Shown piece after piece: positions 26,368 to 39,250 of a DNA stretch of 64,000 nucleotides. A program made the position numbers and the translations under genes. Each line of letters starts with the position of its first letter. Positions within the stretch are counted from its first letter, which is position 1. Where the stretch lies: assembly GCA_964304625.1 (NCBI GenBank), contig OZ199839.1:3009223-3073222 (forward strand). Direction: 5' to 3'. Under the pieces are notes generated by a model. It was not told the origin of the DNA. It searched no databases and was given only the letters and a program-made list of their open reading frames with translations. Source of the DNA: Kudoa neothunni. Its lineage: Eukaryota; Animalia; Cnidaria.

Positions 26368-27615
26368 TTAACACTTTGAGGACAACCTTGGGCTCTATGA
26401 GAGGGTTGGAAAAAATTAAGTGGTCTAAAATTAATTGCAATTATGATAATTTTAATTAATACATTCTAATAACACAAATTTCTACTCTTTCTAAGTTAAT
26501 AATTGAATACGAACTTTTTGATTAGTTCATCAATCTATGCAACATCAAAAACTTTAAATATCTCGTTTCACATTTATAAGGTCAATACGGACAAAATATT
26601 TTTAATCGAAGTCTAGATTTTTGAAAGAAAAAATTGAATTATCTCTCAAAATTCACACATTTTACGTATTTTTGTCTATTCTTAGCCTTATTATTATATT
26701 ACGGTAGTATTATGGTATCATTTATTATTTTTCCACATTTTTTATCTCGATTTTATATTTAATTTTTGCTATAATAGCCGTTAACGTAAGACGAGGACAA
26801 TTATAACCTTGATTAATTAATATTGAACATAATAAAAATATTTTATGAACATATTTATTCTTATAACTAAAACAAAAATGATTAATCGTTCATTACAAGC
26901 GTTTTCGTTGAAATAATTGACATTAATATGGATTTTTATACAATCTAGCGCTTTACGTTATTATTATGATTCATAAAATATTTATTTATTTTTATGGAAA
27001 AAATATTTCTAATTTTTTAAGCAAATCAAGATTATAATGAAACTGTAGTTAATAACAAGTTTTATTTCTATTTTTAGTATTAAAAGCTGATAGATTTGAT
27101 TAATAAGAATCTAGCTTCAATTATTTTTAGTCGTGTGGGTTTCGACAGTTATCTCGACTGTAAAACTTTCTTTTATTGAATAGTTTAATGATTAAAATAT
27201 ATTTAAAATATTGAGTTAGATTTGGGTCTGATTACAAATATTAACATTAATATGAAAATATACCTCTAGAAAAATTTCAATAATTGAAATTAATTGCAAT
27301 CATTGATTATGTCAGATTACAATTAATTGATTGCAAGATAAATAATTGATTTTCATCAACGACAATCAATTATTCCTAACCTTTGTTCCACGAGTCCATC
27401 TTTCTTATATTTTTAAAATAAATTTTGTTAATACATTTGTTATATTTTATTCATTATCGCCTGAAGTCCACCCACTATAAAAATGTATTGTATATCGACT
27501 AATGTAAAAAAATGTGTGAAAGTTTCAGCGAAAATACAAAAAATGGAACCAACTTAACAACCAAATAATATGAAGGCGAACGCATGGAGCCTAAGGTTGT
27601 CCTCATAGGGTTTAA
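26368..27615. mobile_element. piggyBac-type MITE split by a ~985-bp hAT-type non-autonomous insertion (26401-27385)
   Basis: Outer ends ttaaCACTTTGAGGACAACC / GGTTGTCCTCATAGGGttta. Inner element has degenerate TIRs (gagggttggaaaaaatt / aattattcctaaccttt) and duplicated flanks ctctatga / ttccacga. Removing the insert restores the 3921-4166 element. Confidence 0.7.
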
Positions 27616-29364
27616 TTGCAACAATAATGAATAATAATAATAATAATATCGTCTTTAAAGGTGGAATTTAAAATTAATATCGTTTCAAAGTAAAACACAT
27701 TATGTGGACACAAGTATCTTATTTTTGTAATAATACCAAAAATTTTAATAGTTTTTGTCTTTTACGTACTGAATATACTCTCATTATTTTTCTCTTCTAA
27801 CAAAAATATCTATTAAACTTATAAATAATTGCACAGGCGCCGATAACGTTTTCTATGAAGATAACAATTTCTTGTTACAAAAACTCCATATACTTTACTT
27901 ATTTAGATAATTACATAGGAGTATAATCATTTTGATTTTGCGAGAAATATGAGACCTCCCGCGAAAATAAGACCTAATAGCTCAGTTTTCTAATGTAGGG
28001 GCCACATCCCACCGATGCACCGATGGGATATGAAAAAATTTTGGTGGGTATGGAAATTTTTGCACGCTTAATGAGCCGCAAAAAAGCCTGAGCATTAATG
28101 TGATATGGATCATGATAAGATAACTGGTCAGTAAAGCGCACTTGAAAACAATAAATCAATTTTTAGTCTCGTTAATTTTTAAATGCCCATCAATATTAAA
28201 GACAAGACCGAAAACAATGACTAATTTATACAAACAAATAACAACATTCAACGTGATCCTTATTCGAATAGAACCGGAATATTTTTAATTCCAATCTTGT
28301 CCCATTTATAGTCGCGATCTCCTCTGTTTTTGATTTGACATAAAATAATATTGTTAATTTTCCATACTGATTATTTATTCTTGGTTTATAAGCCCCCAAT
28401 ACATGAAAGTTTTGCTCAATGCGGGCTGGATTACCACGAGTTACACTTGAAGCTGTTCTCGATGGAGTGAAGAAAGAAGAATTGAAAAAGTTAATTTTTA
28501 AGGTCCATCGATAAATTAGGTTGGATCTGATCAAATACATTTTTATTTTAATGTGATATGAGACTTGATTTAAAATTATAAGCGGTCTAAATTGGAAAAT
28601 CAATACTACTGGAAATAGCAAGACACGTAACTTTTTATCTAGAAAAAATGGGACATGAAAGAAAAAAGGTTTGGAAACGCTGTAATGGCTATTTTTTAGG
28701 TAAAATTAATTTCAGAGGGGGTTTATTTTCGAGGAAACGCGTTAAGTTTGAGGTGAATAGCAATTCTCAATTAGAGTTGAAAAGATTAAAATTTGTTGTT
28801 ATAAACTAAAATAATGTCGTATTGTTTTATTACTAAATTTCTAGAGAAACTTTTAGGATTCGGGGATCGGTCCGGCTGTATGAACTATGAACGCCATGGG
28901 CAGTGCGACAAAGCATGTAAACCTTCCGTTTGATCGGTAATATGTGAATTTAATGCATTACACATCCTTGTTTCGATGTGACCATTACTGCGGATTATAT
29001 TGTCTGTAACTTCTATAGCGTCGATCTACATGGCAATTAAGATTCTCATTACTTTATGTGTAATCGACGATTCTAACGTCTAATTCGACCCATCTCACTT
29101 GGTCGAGTTATATCTCGACCTGTACATCACCGCTTCAAACTATCGCAGACGTATGTAAGACGTATATAAGACAAGAAAAGTGGAAACATTCTAAAAGAAT
29201 AGTTTCTTATAGATTATTTGATCTCTCATGTCAAATGTACGATACGGGTATAGCGTTATTTGACAAATTTCCTGGTTTTCGATAGAAAGTTAGAGAATCA
29301 GTTTAATACAAAATATGAAAAAGGTTTTCAGGTTGGTAAAAGTGGGTGTTTAGGTTGGAGAAGC

Positions 29365-32166
29365 TTAATCAGAATCAACATCACCGATTGAAGTGTGCAT
29401 AGTTGTAGCTCTTTTGGATTCGATTTCTTCAAACAGAATTTTTTCCCTCAAGGTGACATTGTAAGACAGTTGTTGATAGCGACGGTCTCTCTAAACCGAA
29501 AGTTATAATTTATAAGAAAATTGTAAGAAAAACACACTTTTAAGAGTTCGATTATCTCCTCGACAACTTCTTTGTCGGAAATGGATGAAATATTGCTTCT
29601 TTGGAATCTTCGAGAAAATAAGAAAAGACAACACCCAAAACAAATACATCAAATCTAATAGCTTTGTTTCCTTTAGTAGTGATTTAAATTGATCAATAAA
29701 GGTTTTTTCCTTTTTGCCAGCGTAAGATTCAAATTCATTTCGTAGAATCTGACCAACATATTAGTTCATAAAAAATTAAAGGATGCAATAGTACTTCATC
29801 CGAAATATCGATTGTAATATTCCTAGCTCGTTGAATAGTATTACAAATCTCGCTCAATTTCATGTTTAAATTGATCTAATCATTTAAGAAAATAAGAAAA
29901 GATGATCTTTGAGAAATCAATTAGTTCGAATGAACATTACCGTTCCAACCTCAATCAACTCATCCAATGTGTAATGGAATAGTTGAATTTGTTTTGCTTG
30001 AATTTTGTTCAGATGTTCTCCCACTATCTTGTGCAATGTGGTTTCTTTGAGATTTTTTTGGATCGATTCAATTTTGGAGGATGCTTTCTCTCGAAATATT
30101 TTCATTACAGTTTCATAAGAGAACAGACAGGTTTGAACCTTATGGAAGAGTATTTTTATAGTTAAAACATTCAATCACAAAAAATCAACGTACATAGTGA
30201 TTAAGCAACACTTTCAATTGATCGATACTATTCTTGTATTCGAAATGACCGAGAGTTTTTTGCCGAGATTTATCAATTTGATTTCGTTCCCTTTGTACAT
30301 CTAATTCTCGCTGTTTCAAACTCATCAACGCAATCTCTTCTTTGGTTTTATTTTTGAATTTCTAACGATCATCTATAAAAATTTGTTGCGCTAGGGTAAA
30401 AATCATACGTTCAATGTCTTGTGTTCCTACAAAAATAACAACATAATAAATTGCAACCATTTAAACGATAATCAACAGAACTGTAAGACAAAGAGAGATA
30501 AGCTACCTTGATGTAGTCTTTAAACCAAGATTTTCTCTGTTTTGAACTATCCACGTTTAAATATCTCAAATCTTTTCTAATCGTTGGTTTAACACTTTTC
30601 CATGTACAATCCTCGATATCCAAATTCAATTCATCCAACATTTTCCAATAATTTATTTTTATTTGCTTTAATAATAATCATCAACATCGAATTACAATCA
30701 TTATTTAGGGTGGAATTAAAAAAACTAATTACCTTAGGATCCACACATATACTTGAACGAACATACGTCTCCAAGTACTCATTGAAGAATGTCTCACGTT
30801 CTTTGGTCCTAGTGAATATGGTGAACTCGGGAGTTGAAGAGTATTTCGATGAAAATTCCAAATATTTCATTCTTGGATCTTTCACCACTTTCTGCAAAAA
30901 CTCAAAAAACGTTTTTTTCTTTTCCTCCCTCTCCTTCCGAGTTGTGCTGGCCTCTGTTGAGGCTCGATTACGCAGAAATTCGTTGTAATGAGTTTTTCGA
31001 TCCTTGAGTGAAAGTATTTCAAGACGTGGATCATCTTTCATTCGTTCACACTCTTTCTCCCACGTACCAAAAACACTCACATTATATTCCTCCAACAACT
31101 CTCTAAACAACGAAACTCTTTCGTCATATGGTAGAAGCAGCATTTGTTTAGTTAGTTCGTTCATTTCAACTGTTGGATTGTTGCTGTCATTGTTGCTACG
31201 GGTTTTCAGTTTTATATCAATGATGGATTGAATACGCACTGTATCTTGGCCATCGTCCTCAATATCATCACTATCGCTAGATGAACAGCTAGATGATGGT
31301 TGTAGTTGTTCATCATCTGAAAGTTTTGACTTTTTTATTTCACAATCTTGGGCTTCAAACGAAGGGTGCATTTTCGTGTGAGTGTCATCAACGTCGTTGG
31401 AAAACCCGCGTTTTTCTTTCCTGCTTCCTTCATTATTCGCATTTGGGTTCACAAAATTATCGTATATTGATTGAAATTTAGGATTGGTCTGGAGATCGGC
31501 TGGCTTTTCCCACACTGATGTTTGAGTTTTGGTGTTGAAATAGAAAATTTGGTTGTTATCCGACCTAACAAGCAGCCAGTCGGAATCCGCAATCGGCTCA
31601 GCGCCCACTGCTTTCCCCGCTGGTTTCGATTCCGGTTGAGGTGCGCTCCAAGAAAGTTCACCGGTTTCAGTATTGAAATAACATTTCTCTCCCATTGTAA
31701 ACACTCTCTCCACCCAACAACTATTCGCAATAGCGTTTTCAGTGTACTCTAAGTAGGATTGCTAAGATCAAAAATTAATAATATAGCCTAAATAAATCCA
31801 TCTCCATACAGCAGGAGCAACTTCTACAGGAGGTTTATCTGCTATTGCTATAAATCAAAAAATTAAAATCTGTGACTTCAACACACGAGATTACCACTCT
31901 CCGGCCTATCGTATTGTGTCACACCAGTTTCTTCGTTAACGTAATATGTTCCCACTGTGGAAATCACTTCTTTCCAGCGTGACCCACCCTTATCAACTAA
32001 AACCACCTCCTCCTGCAACTTTTGCTACAAAAAAGACCATAAACGGTGTTTATTTTAATCCACAGACTACTTGCTCATACTCTAACCCACTAGCGTATTG
32101 GTATGGATTAATGTAATCATTGTAATAATTAGCATTATTGTTAATACGGTTTGGTTTGTCCGTCAT
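29365..32166 (-). CDS. TCERG1: Transcription elongation regulator 1 (CA150) homologue, 3 WW + FF domains, multi-exon
   Basis: WW1 RWKEVISTVGTYYVNEETGVTQYDRP, WW2 CWVERVFTMGEKCYFNTETGELSWSAP, WW3 EPIADSDWLLVRSDNNQIFYFNTKTQTSVWEKPADL. FF repeats (ERVSLFRELLEEYNVSVFGTWEKE...DPR; TWKSVKPTIRKDLRY). Last exon RDRRYQQL...*. The start codon is inferred. Confidence 0.9.
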
Positions 32167-32173
32167 GGTCAAA

Positions 32174-32199
32174 AGGAAGTTTGAGTTCGCGCCTGCGCA
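32174..32199 (-). promoter_or_regulatory. Candidate NRF1-type (TGCGCAGGCGC) and ETS-like (GGAAGT) sites just upstream of the TCERG1 ATG
   Basis: gcgcctgcgca at 32189-32199 and aggaagt at 32174-32180 in an AT-rich context. Function is inferred from motif resemblance only. Confidence 0.35.
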
Positions 32200-33882
32200 T
32201 AAGTTGAGACAAGTATAGGTGGTGTATTTATTAGGTATAATGTTGACATGGCTCGGATTTTGTATGGATGGTCATCATGGGTTCTTTCATTTTTTACGAA
32301 AACCTGTAAATATTGAATAATAACAATTTTTTATGTTCGGCATTATTATTTATATTTTTAACGACTGGTCCCATTCGGATTATATCATGCAGGGTTTAAA
32401 CATTTACGACATCGAATGGGGGCACTTTAGATTGTTTAACGTGACTCGATTACATAATTACTCAGTGAACATTGTCGCATATTATTCGAAAATCTAAACG
32501 TTATTTCAAAATACATCTTGAATTATGCAGTAATTTATTGTGAGCGTATTGATATATACTAGACTTAAAGTGTGAGTGAGTGTTCGCGCCAAAAAATTGT
32601 AATAATAGAACGATAAATTTAAATTTAATACCTGAAGACATAATTATAGAATTGAAAGATGATTGAAAACTTTAATAGATACGATTCTATTTTTTGTTGT
32701 ACTTAAAGTAGTGTTTTTCTCCACCTTGGGTTTTTTAAACTCCGCTGGCAGCCCTGCAAACAAGTATACGTATAGAAATGGCTATTGCATTGGAGAGCAA
32801 TATCCAGGTGTGTGTAATTAAATACAGCATAAATCAAAAGGTAAACTTTATGCATAAACTGTAAGTGAGACTTGCTGCGATTAAAAATATCCCTTGTAAA
32901 AACCACTGCTAACAGATATTGGGGTGCTAGAACAAGATGAATAAGTTCCCTCGTCATATTAAATAAATTCAAGGATAAAATTCCGTATGTTATTAAAAAT
33001 CAGTCAAATTTCTATTTTTCATTTCAAAATTATTTGAGCATGGTACTTTCATAATAAACATCATTGTTCAATTGAGTAGAAAACGACTTTTACCATGTAA
33101 AAACAACATTTTCGAACACTTTTTTCCTCCATTTTCACGATTAATGAAAAAAGTATATTATGGACAAATATTTAGCTCATATTTATCACAAGACCTAAAT
33201 CCCAATTTGCATTACAATGCAGAATGGTTTTTTTACTGTTATTATTTTTAAAGTGGGGAAACGTCTCGATCTAGAATGTATTTCAGTTATAAATTAAAAA
33301 TTGCAATATTTTATTTCTCATTTTTCTTGATCTGTTTTCAGGGTTTTCATTATTTTTTGATCGTTAATTAAGTTAATTAATCTAAGTATGCATAGATTTT
33401 CTGTTGAATTATAAATGGAAGAATATTAAGAAAATTAATCAAAATATTTTACAAAGTATTGATAGTGGCCGACTTTTTACAAATAATCAAAATAATGCTG
33501 AAAGTTAATTAATTTACCAAAAAATCAGTTAATTAGCGTATTATAAGTTTCTGTGTTTTTGAAAATTTTATTGAATCTAGTAAAATTTTGCAGTTATAAA
33601 TTGAAGAAAAAGCTACAATTTTTAGGAAAAGAAGTACAGTTAGACCCTGCTCATGCGAAAATTGCATTAGCCGGACGATTTTTTTAAATTTACGTGAAAT
33701 TAATGATGTTATAAATCAAAAAATTTGGATTCACCAAAACTTCAGAAACTGAAGTCCGAATTAATTTTTTGCTTGAAATTTCGAATTAAATTAAATTGAA
33801 AACATTTTCATGTCTGGTTAAATGTCGCGTGACTGTGTTTATAATGCATTTAATTGTTATCTTTAGATTAAAATTTATATTT

Positions 33883-34295
33883 TACTAGCGGGAACTGCCT
33901 AGCGTTGTTTGGGGAAGATTTCGTACAGATACATATCTTAATAATCTTCAAAAAATATATTAATATTTCAAATTAACCTATAGATTCAATCAAACTTTAA
34001 AAAAATTTTAAGCTTTATATTTTAACGACTGTGAATATGAAATTTAAATTATTATCATATCTGTGAAGGAGTGTATCAATCTCGGCGTTCATTCAAAAAT
34101 TTTGGGACCCGGTACCAAAACTAAATAATTTAACGCCAGTGTCGTATTTAATTTGCATCCCCAATTATTTAGATTTCCTTAAGTGCCATTTAAAACGTTA
34201 TTTTTGGCTCGGCTCAGAAAGTTTGTGCACCACTGTTTACGGGAGACAAATAAATAGAAACAGATATAGAGATAGACGAAAATTAATTTTTATTG
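33883..34295 (+). mobile_element. Possible Helentron-associated (DINE-1/HINE-like) non-autonomous element
   Basis: Starts ttACTAGCgggaactgcctaGCGTTG and ends with a degenerate GAYA-type microsatellite (agacaaataaatagaaacagatatagagatagac) plus a T-rich tail. No second copy in the window. Confidence 0.3.
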
Positions 34296-35630
34296 CTCAA
34301 TTTAATATCCTTTGGCCCGACATAAACATTAATTCGCCATTTCCCATAAACAACCACAAATCGCGTCAACTTCAACATATACAATTTAAATAATAGGATA
34401 AATAAAAGTACAACCATCTGCATTGAATTTAATCGCGGAAACTTAAACTTAGCGTATGATTTAAATGAAATCTACAGACGCAGTATTTACATTATAATGC
34501 TTCAACCAATGTAATTTTAACGTTCTCCGCCAATTCGTTATTTATGAAACATACATAGATTTTTTATCATATCTAAAACCATTAATAGAATCTTCAAAAT
34601 GTGTTTATCAGGTTAAATACGTTAAAACTCCACAAATAAAGAGTGTATTTTCACAAACACCTAAATACCAACCATTAACCTTACACATAAAGATAGATGA
34701 CATCGCTTAATCAATATTTGATAGAGCATATAAGAGATAATGTTAACTTAAACCAACCATTACCACGATATAAGTCAGTGTTAATCCTATTGTTGAACTC
34801 AAATAATCTGTTAAACGACCTTTGAATCGACAAAATCACCATTTTCTAAACACTTTTGGGAACATTCAGTACAGTGAAAACGATTTAAAGGTTTTTCGAA
34901 ACATTGTGATTTTTAAGAAATTTCCAAAATGTGTCTCTATAAGGAACAAATTTTGATGCACATGCGTACTCGCTGGCACACACACACGGATACTTCAGCT
35001 TTGTGTATATAGTAGATAGTAGATTGGCAGAAACAAAATGGCGTAAATAACGTAATATTTTAAGTTCAAAATGCAAGCATTATGATTGTGAACAAATAAA
35101 TTTTTCCTCGAAAAACAAATTATCTTTGGAATTATCATGAGTAATTTAATAGAATTAATAATGTTCTTGTGTAATCACAAGTTACCCCCAATTTTATAAG
35201 TCTATTGTATCAATGAAATTGGTCAAAATAAAAAATCATTACATTATGTTTTTTTCCTAAACATACCTACTTTTAAATTTCTGTCAAGTCTTAACTATCA
35301 CCTATTAATAGTAAATGATATTTTCTATTTAAATAAAGATAAAATAATCAAGATCAATAGGGAGAACTCTGAGAAATTACTACTCCTCATTAATGCTTTA
35401 ATCATTCTTACATCGTTATTCGTATCATTCAAAATATCCAAATAGCGAAGAAATTATTAATAATTTGTTATAAAATCCCATTTTATGTAATCCAGAAAGT
35501 TTCATCCTAATACGGCGTTTGAGCGCTCTAGTCTCACATATCAATCGCTCGCGCAGACTTCATTGGATCTAGATTCTAGAAGTATTGTACCTTAAAATAA
35601 GTCTCATTTTTAGCCTTATTCTTACTTATA

Positions 35631-35805
35631 TACAGTGAATTTTCGAAATATCAAATAAAAATGGAATCGTCATAAATAAACTGTATAATCAACTTCCACA
35701 ATTTTGTTTGCACGTGCGCAAATGCTGAATTTTGTTTGACTGAAATTTCAGTACAAACGTAGAAAATGCTAGTTCCAAATTTTAGATAATTGTGGTTCGA
35801 CTGTA
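35631..35805. mobile_element. Tigger/pogo-type MITE (~170 bp)
   Basis: TA-CAGTGAA... at the left and GATAATTGTGGTTCGACTG-TA at the right. The right end resembles 21816-21841. Confidence 0.5.
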
Positions 35806-36291
35806 TATATGGTATATTTTGGATCAATACCACATTATTGTTATATTATATAATTTTCGCATTAGCATACTTCAAATGTGATGAAAATCATAGTCAAATC
35901 ACATTGTTAAAAACATGCGCGAATTTTTATTTAAAGCGTTCGCTAACGTTGTTTAACGAGAGATAAAAATTCACAACATTAAGTCTATAAACGAAGTGTC
36001 GACTGACTGAAAAGTCTCAGTGGGTTTTTTAATTACACCCATCCACTAAAAACTCAATCACATTTAGAGATCTATTTTGATATATTTGAATCGACTCCAA
36101 ACATAACACTAAACTTCGACATTGGTAGAGGTGCGCAGTCAGAGAAGTTCATGTGTTAAGGTAAACGGGCTATTAAATTACAAATCCTAACCGAACAATT
36201 AGGAATCGTATTTAATAATTTTACTTTTCCTTTTTATAAACAATCCCAATAGAAATCATCGACATATTGCATTCACTGCAGAATCTACCTA

Positions 36292-39250
36292 ATGAATCCA
36301 TTTTATGTTGATAATTGCAATTCGAGTAAAGACAAAAATAATGAACAGATGAAAACAACTGAAACCTCATCAACCAACCTCCAACCAACTAATCCAGTTA
36401 AAAACTCCAAGTCGATCCCACAACCATTCAAACCATCTCAATCAATTTTAATGTCGGATGATTCATCAAGTGATGATCTAACATTTTTGTTGATTGTATT
36501 GGTAAATAATGAAAATTTTATAATATTAAGGTTTGGATAAATTTCCAAAAAAACCAAGCAGGTCCCTGAAATCAACCAAAAATAATGTAACCACCTCGCA
36601 CGAAACATCGAAACAAGTTTTTTAGTTTAGGTAATTGTTAACGTTGCTAGATTTTGTGATTTAGTTGATGGATTTTGACGTTGTGCTGCCCAAGAGTTGT
36701 AAAGAGAGAAAATTTCTGGTTAGAAACCTCGAGAAAGAACTTTCGCAGTTGGAAATGCGATTGGAAGTAGCCGAAACTTGGGATCTGTCGTTGGACGAGT
36801 TGAACGACTCCAAATCCAAATACATTCAACTGCACAAGATACGTGAACGCTATCGTACCACTTGGGAACGATATTGCAGAATAACCAATTTTGATCAGAA
36901 AAATATTTTCTCTAAAGTCAAGGTCACCTCGTCCACCTATCCTATTATCAACCAGAAAATGGAAGAGTGGATATCGAGTTTTAATCAATTTCCCAATTTT
37001 ATTGACGTCCAACAACAGCTGGAAAGAATATATGCTGATATGCATGGCTTGGTGTACGATGAACCATCGAAATATAATATTACCGCCGCCTCACTTAGCT
37101 CACTGGCAAGCGCTATCTTTTTTGAGATTGGTCTGCAAATTGTCAAAAGTAGAAAACGATTCTATAAATTCTACTTTGAAAGCTACCTGTCTGAAACGAA
37201 CGAGGACCCAGCTGACACAGACGCTGATCTCAACCACAAATTGTCCTCCAATCTTAAAGTTTTTGTAAATGCTATAGACAATGTCGAAAAACACTTTCAA
37301 CAAATGAACGCTTCAGGCAATTTTGAGGCGGCTATCGACCAAACCATTTCAAGTGATAATGAAGATCTATCCGAAGAATCTTCTCTTTCTTCGTTATCTG
37401 AATTGAGCGATTCCAATAACCAAGCCATCACTTATAATGAAAGCGAGTTTTCGGGGCGTTCCACTAGTTCCACCTCAAGGAGCTTTTCGTTGGAAAGCGA
37501 AGAAGACACATCCTCATTTGACCAATTATATGTTGATCGGCTGTTAGCGAGTCAAAGCATCAATCAGGGTACACCAACGAATAATATGTTCGTTCAAACA
37601 ACATTACGTCCTCAACTTTTGCCTTCACCAACCAACTTGAAAATTACTTCAAATGCTGCAAACCATTCAACTCCCTCTTTTAAACAACCTTCCGGCGGTG
37701 ATCTTGTTAAAAGTTCAGCTGTTTCTGGTGAATCCCAAAGCAATGTTACCACCACCAAAAGGATATCGTTTGTCACTATTTCAGAAGAATCCAAAAACAC
37801 CACCCCTACACTTAATATACTTAATTCGTCTGATACTGGAGTTCCTGTAGGAGCAACTAAACCAGCTGTAGAGAAACCTCCCTCTATAAATGCACCAAAA
37901 CGTGGATCCCTCAATTCGAAAACGTTCAAACCTAAACCATTAACTCAATCCATGATCGATCAAGATAATACGATAAAGAGAGAGAACCAACTTAAAACTC
38001 CGTCAAATTCTAAACCAAATCCGACTGTTACTAGTGTTTATTTTTCTGCTTCGAACCCCCCTGCTGTTACTAATCCTACCGAAAATTTAAACGGAACTAA
38101 TGCCGTTGATCAACCCTCTTGTAGCAAAAGCATTAGAAAAGTTGTAATTTCTCCATCTTTAAAAATTCAAACAATTAATAATACCTCCAGTCTTAATTTT
38201 CAAAGACTTAAACCATCCCTACTAACTAAGACAAGGAAAAATGCTTTGCAAAACAAAACCACACAAATTAATCCTCAAAAACCTGTCAAAAGGAAAGCTC
38301 CTGTGACAACTCCATCTAATGCGACTTTACCTCATTCTGCTGAGTCAGATTGTAAGAATTTTCAAGAGATCCTATCATCGTCATTATCCTCAAACCAATC
38401 CCAATCAAATCAACCAGTGACGTTGTTTCGCGAAGATGAAAAAGCTAATTTTTATATAACCGGGACGGCTGTACCCTACACTCCAAGCTTTTTGCCTATG
38501 TTAACGTCGTCGTTAGTCGAAAATACTTGTGAATCATTCGGAAAAACCAGGGACAACTGCCGTACGGATAAAGATGTAGTTTTAATCACGGACTCTGTTT
38601 ATAAGGAAACAGCTACTGGACTTTCTTCAGCCACCCCTAAACAAACTTTTCATCCTAAAACAATTCCTTCTCGCAATTCCATCTCAAATGCTAATTCAAA
38701 TATTAATTCAAATAAGGGAAAAGTGTTGATAACAGTTACACCCAAGTATCCAATTCCTACTATGGCCAGCGGCGTTTCTGTACTTAATTACGCTAAAAGT
38801 ATAACCACACCAACCTCCACGAACGAAAGTTCAAATGAAAATGTTAATAAACCTTTGAATGTGACTGCATCTACTTCAGCTACCAACCAAAGTGACAACT
38901 TGACCAACGCCTCCGAAGAGTTTCGCGCAGTTAGAAGAGTTATAAAAATAAAAAAGAGAGTAAACAATATTTCGAAATTTTTTAACTCTCGAACTGTACA
39001 AAAATTGACTCCTCAAGATTTCAAAAAGTTGAACGATGCTTTCCAGTTGATGGAAAGTATAAAAAAATCAAAAGAACAAAAAAAAGCTAATACCATTAAA
39101 ACTAGAAGCAAATCATCCAGCTCTACAAATAAACACGCCAAGTCTTCAAATATGAAAACTTCCACCTATGAGATTCCTAAAGTTGGTAAAAGGAAACGGA
39201 AATCAAAACCTGTAAATCCATCCCAACCGTCCAAGAAACCTAAATTCTAA
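36292..39250 (+). CDS. DAXX: DAXX homologue (H3.3/H4 histone-binding domain, acidic Ser-rich tract, long low-complexity tail, basic NLS-like end)
   Basis: The 861-aa last exon begins with the DAXX histone-binding pattern LSLDELNDSKSKYIQ, TYPIINQKME, FPNFIDV, ASAIFFEIG..I..SR, DPADTDADLNHKL..N. Two short upstream exons from ATG 36292 can be joined by ~50-60-nt GT-AG introns; these are less certain. Confidence 0.82.

Noticed and set aside
27955-28745. ORFs 27974-28159 and 28226-28621 as a gene
   Set aside because: No recognisable domain. The region is bounded by transposon-end-like words (cgaaaataagacc / ggtttattttcgaggaaac; aggtttggaaacgctg), so it is probably TE debris.
32660-32825. Small secreted-peptide-like frame (LKTLIDTILFFVVLKVVFF...GYCIGEQYPGVCN*) divergent from TCERG1
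   Set aside because: No in-frame ATG, no convincing upstream exon and no homology; hydrophobic frames are expected by chance in T-rich DNA.
36480-36560. Non-canonical first intron in DAXX
   Set aside because: A canonical phase-0 gtaaat...aagcag intron of ~60 nt explains the frame.
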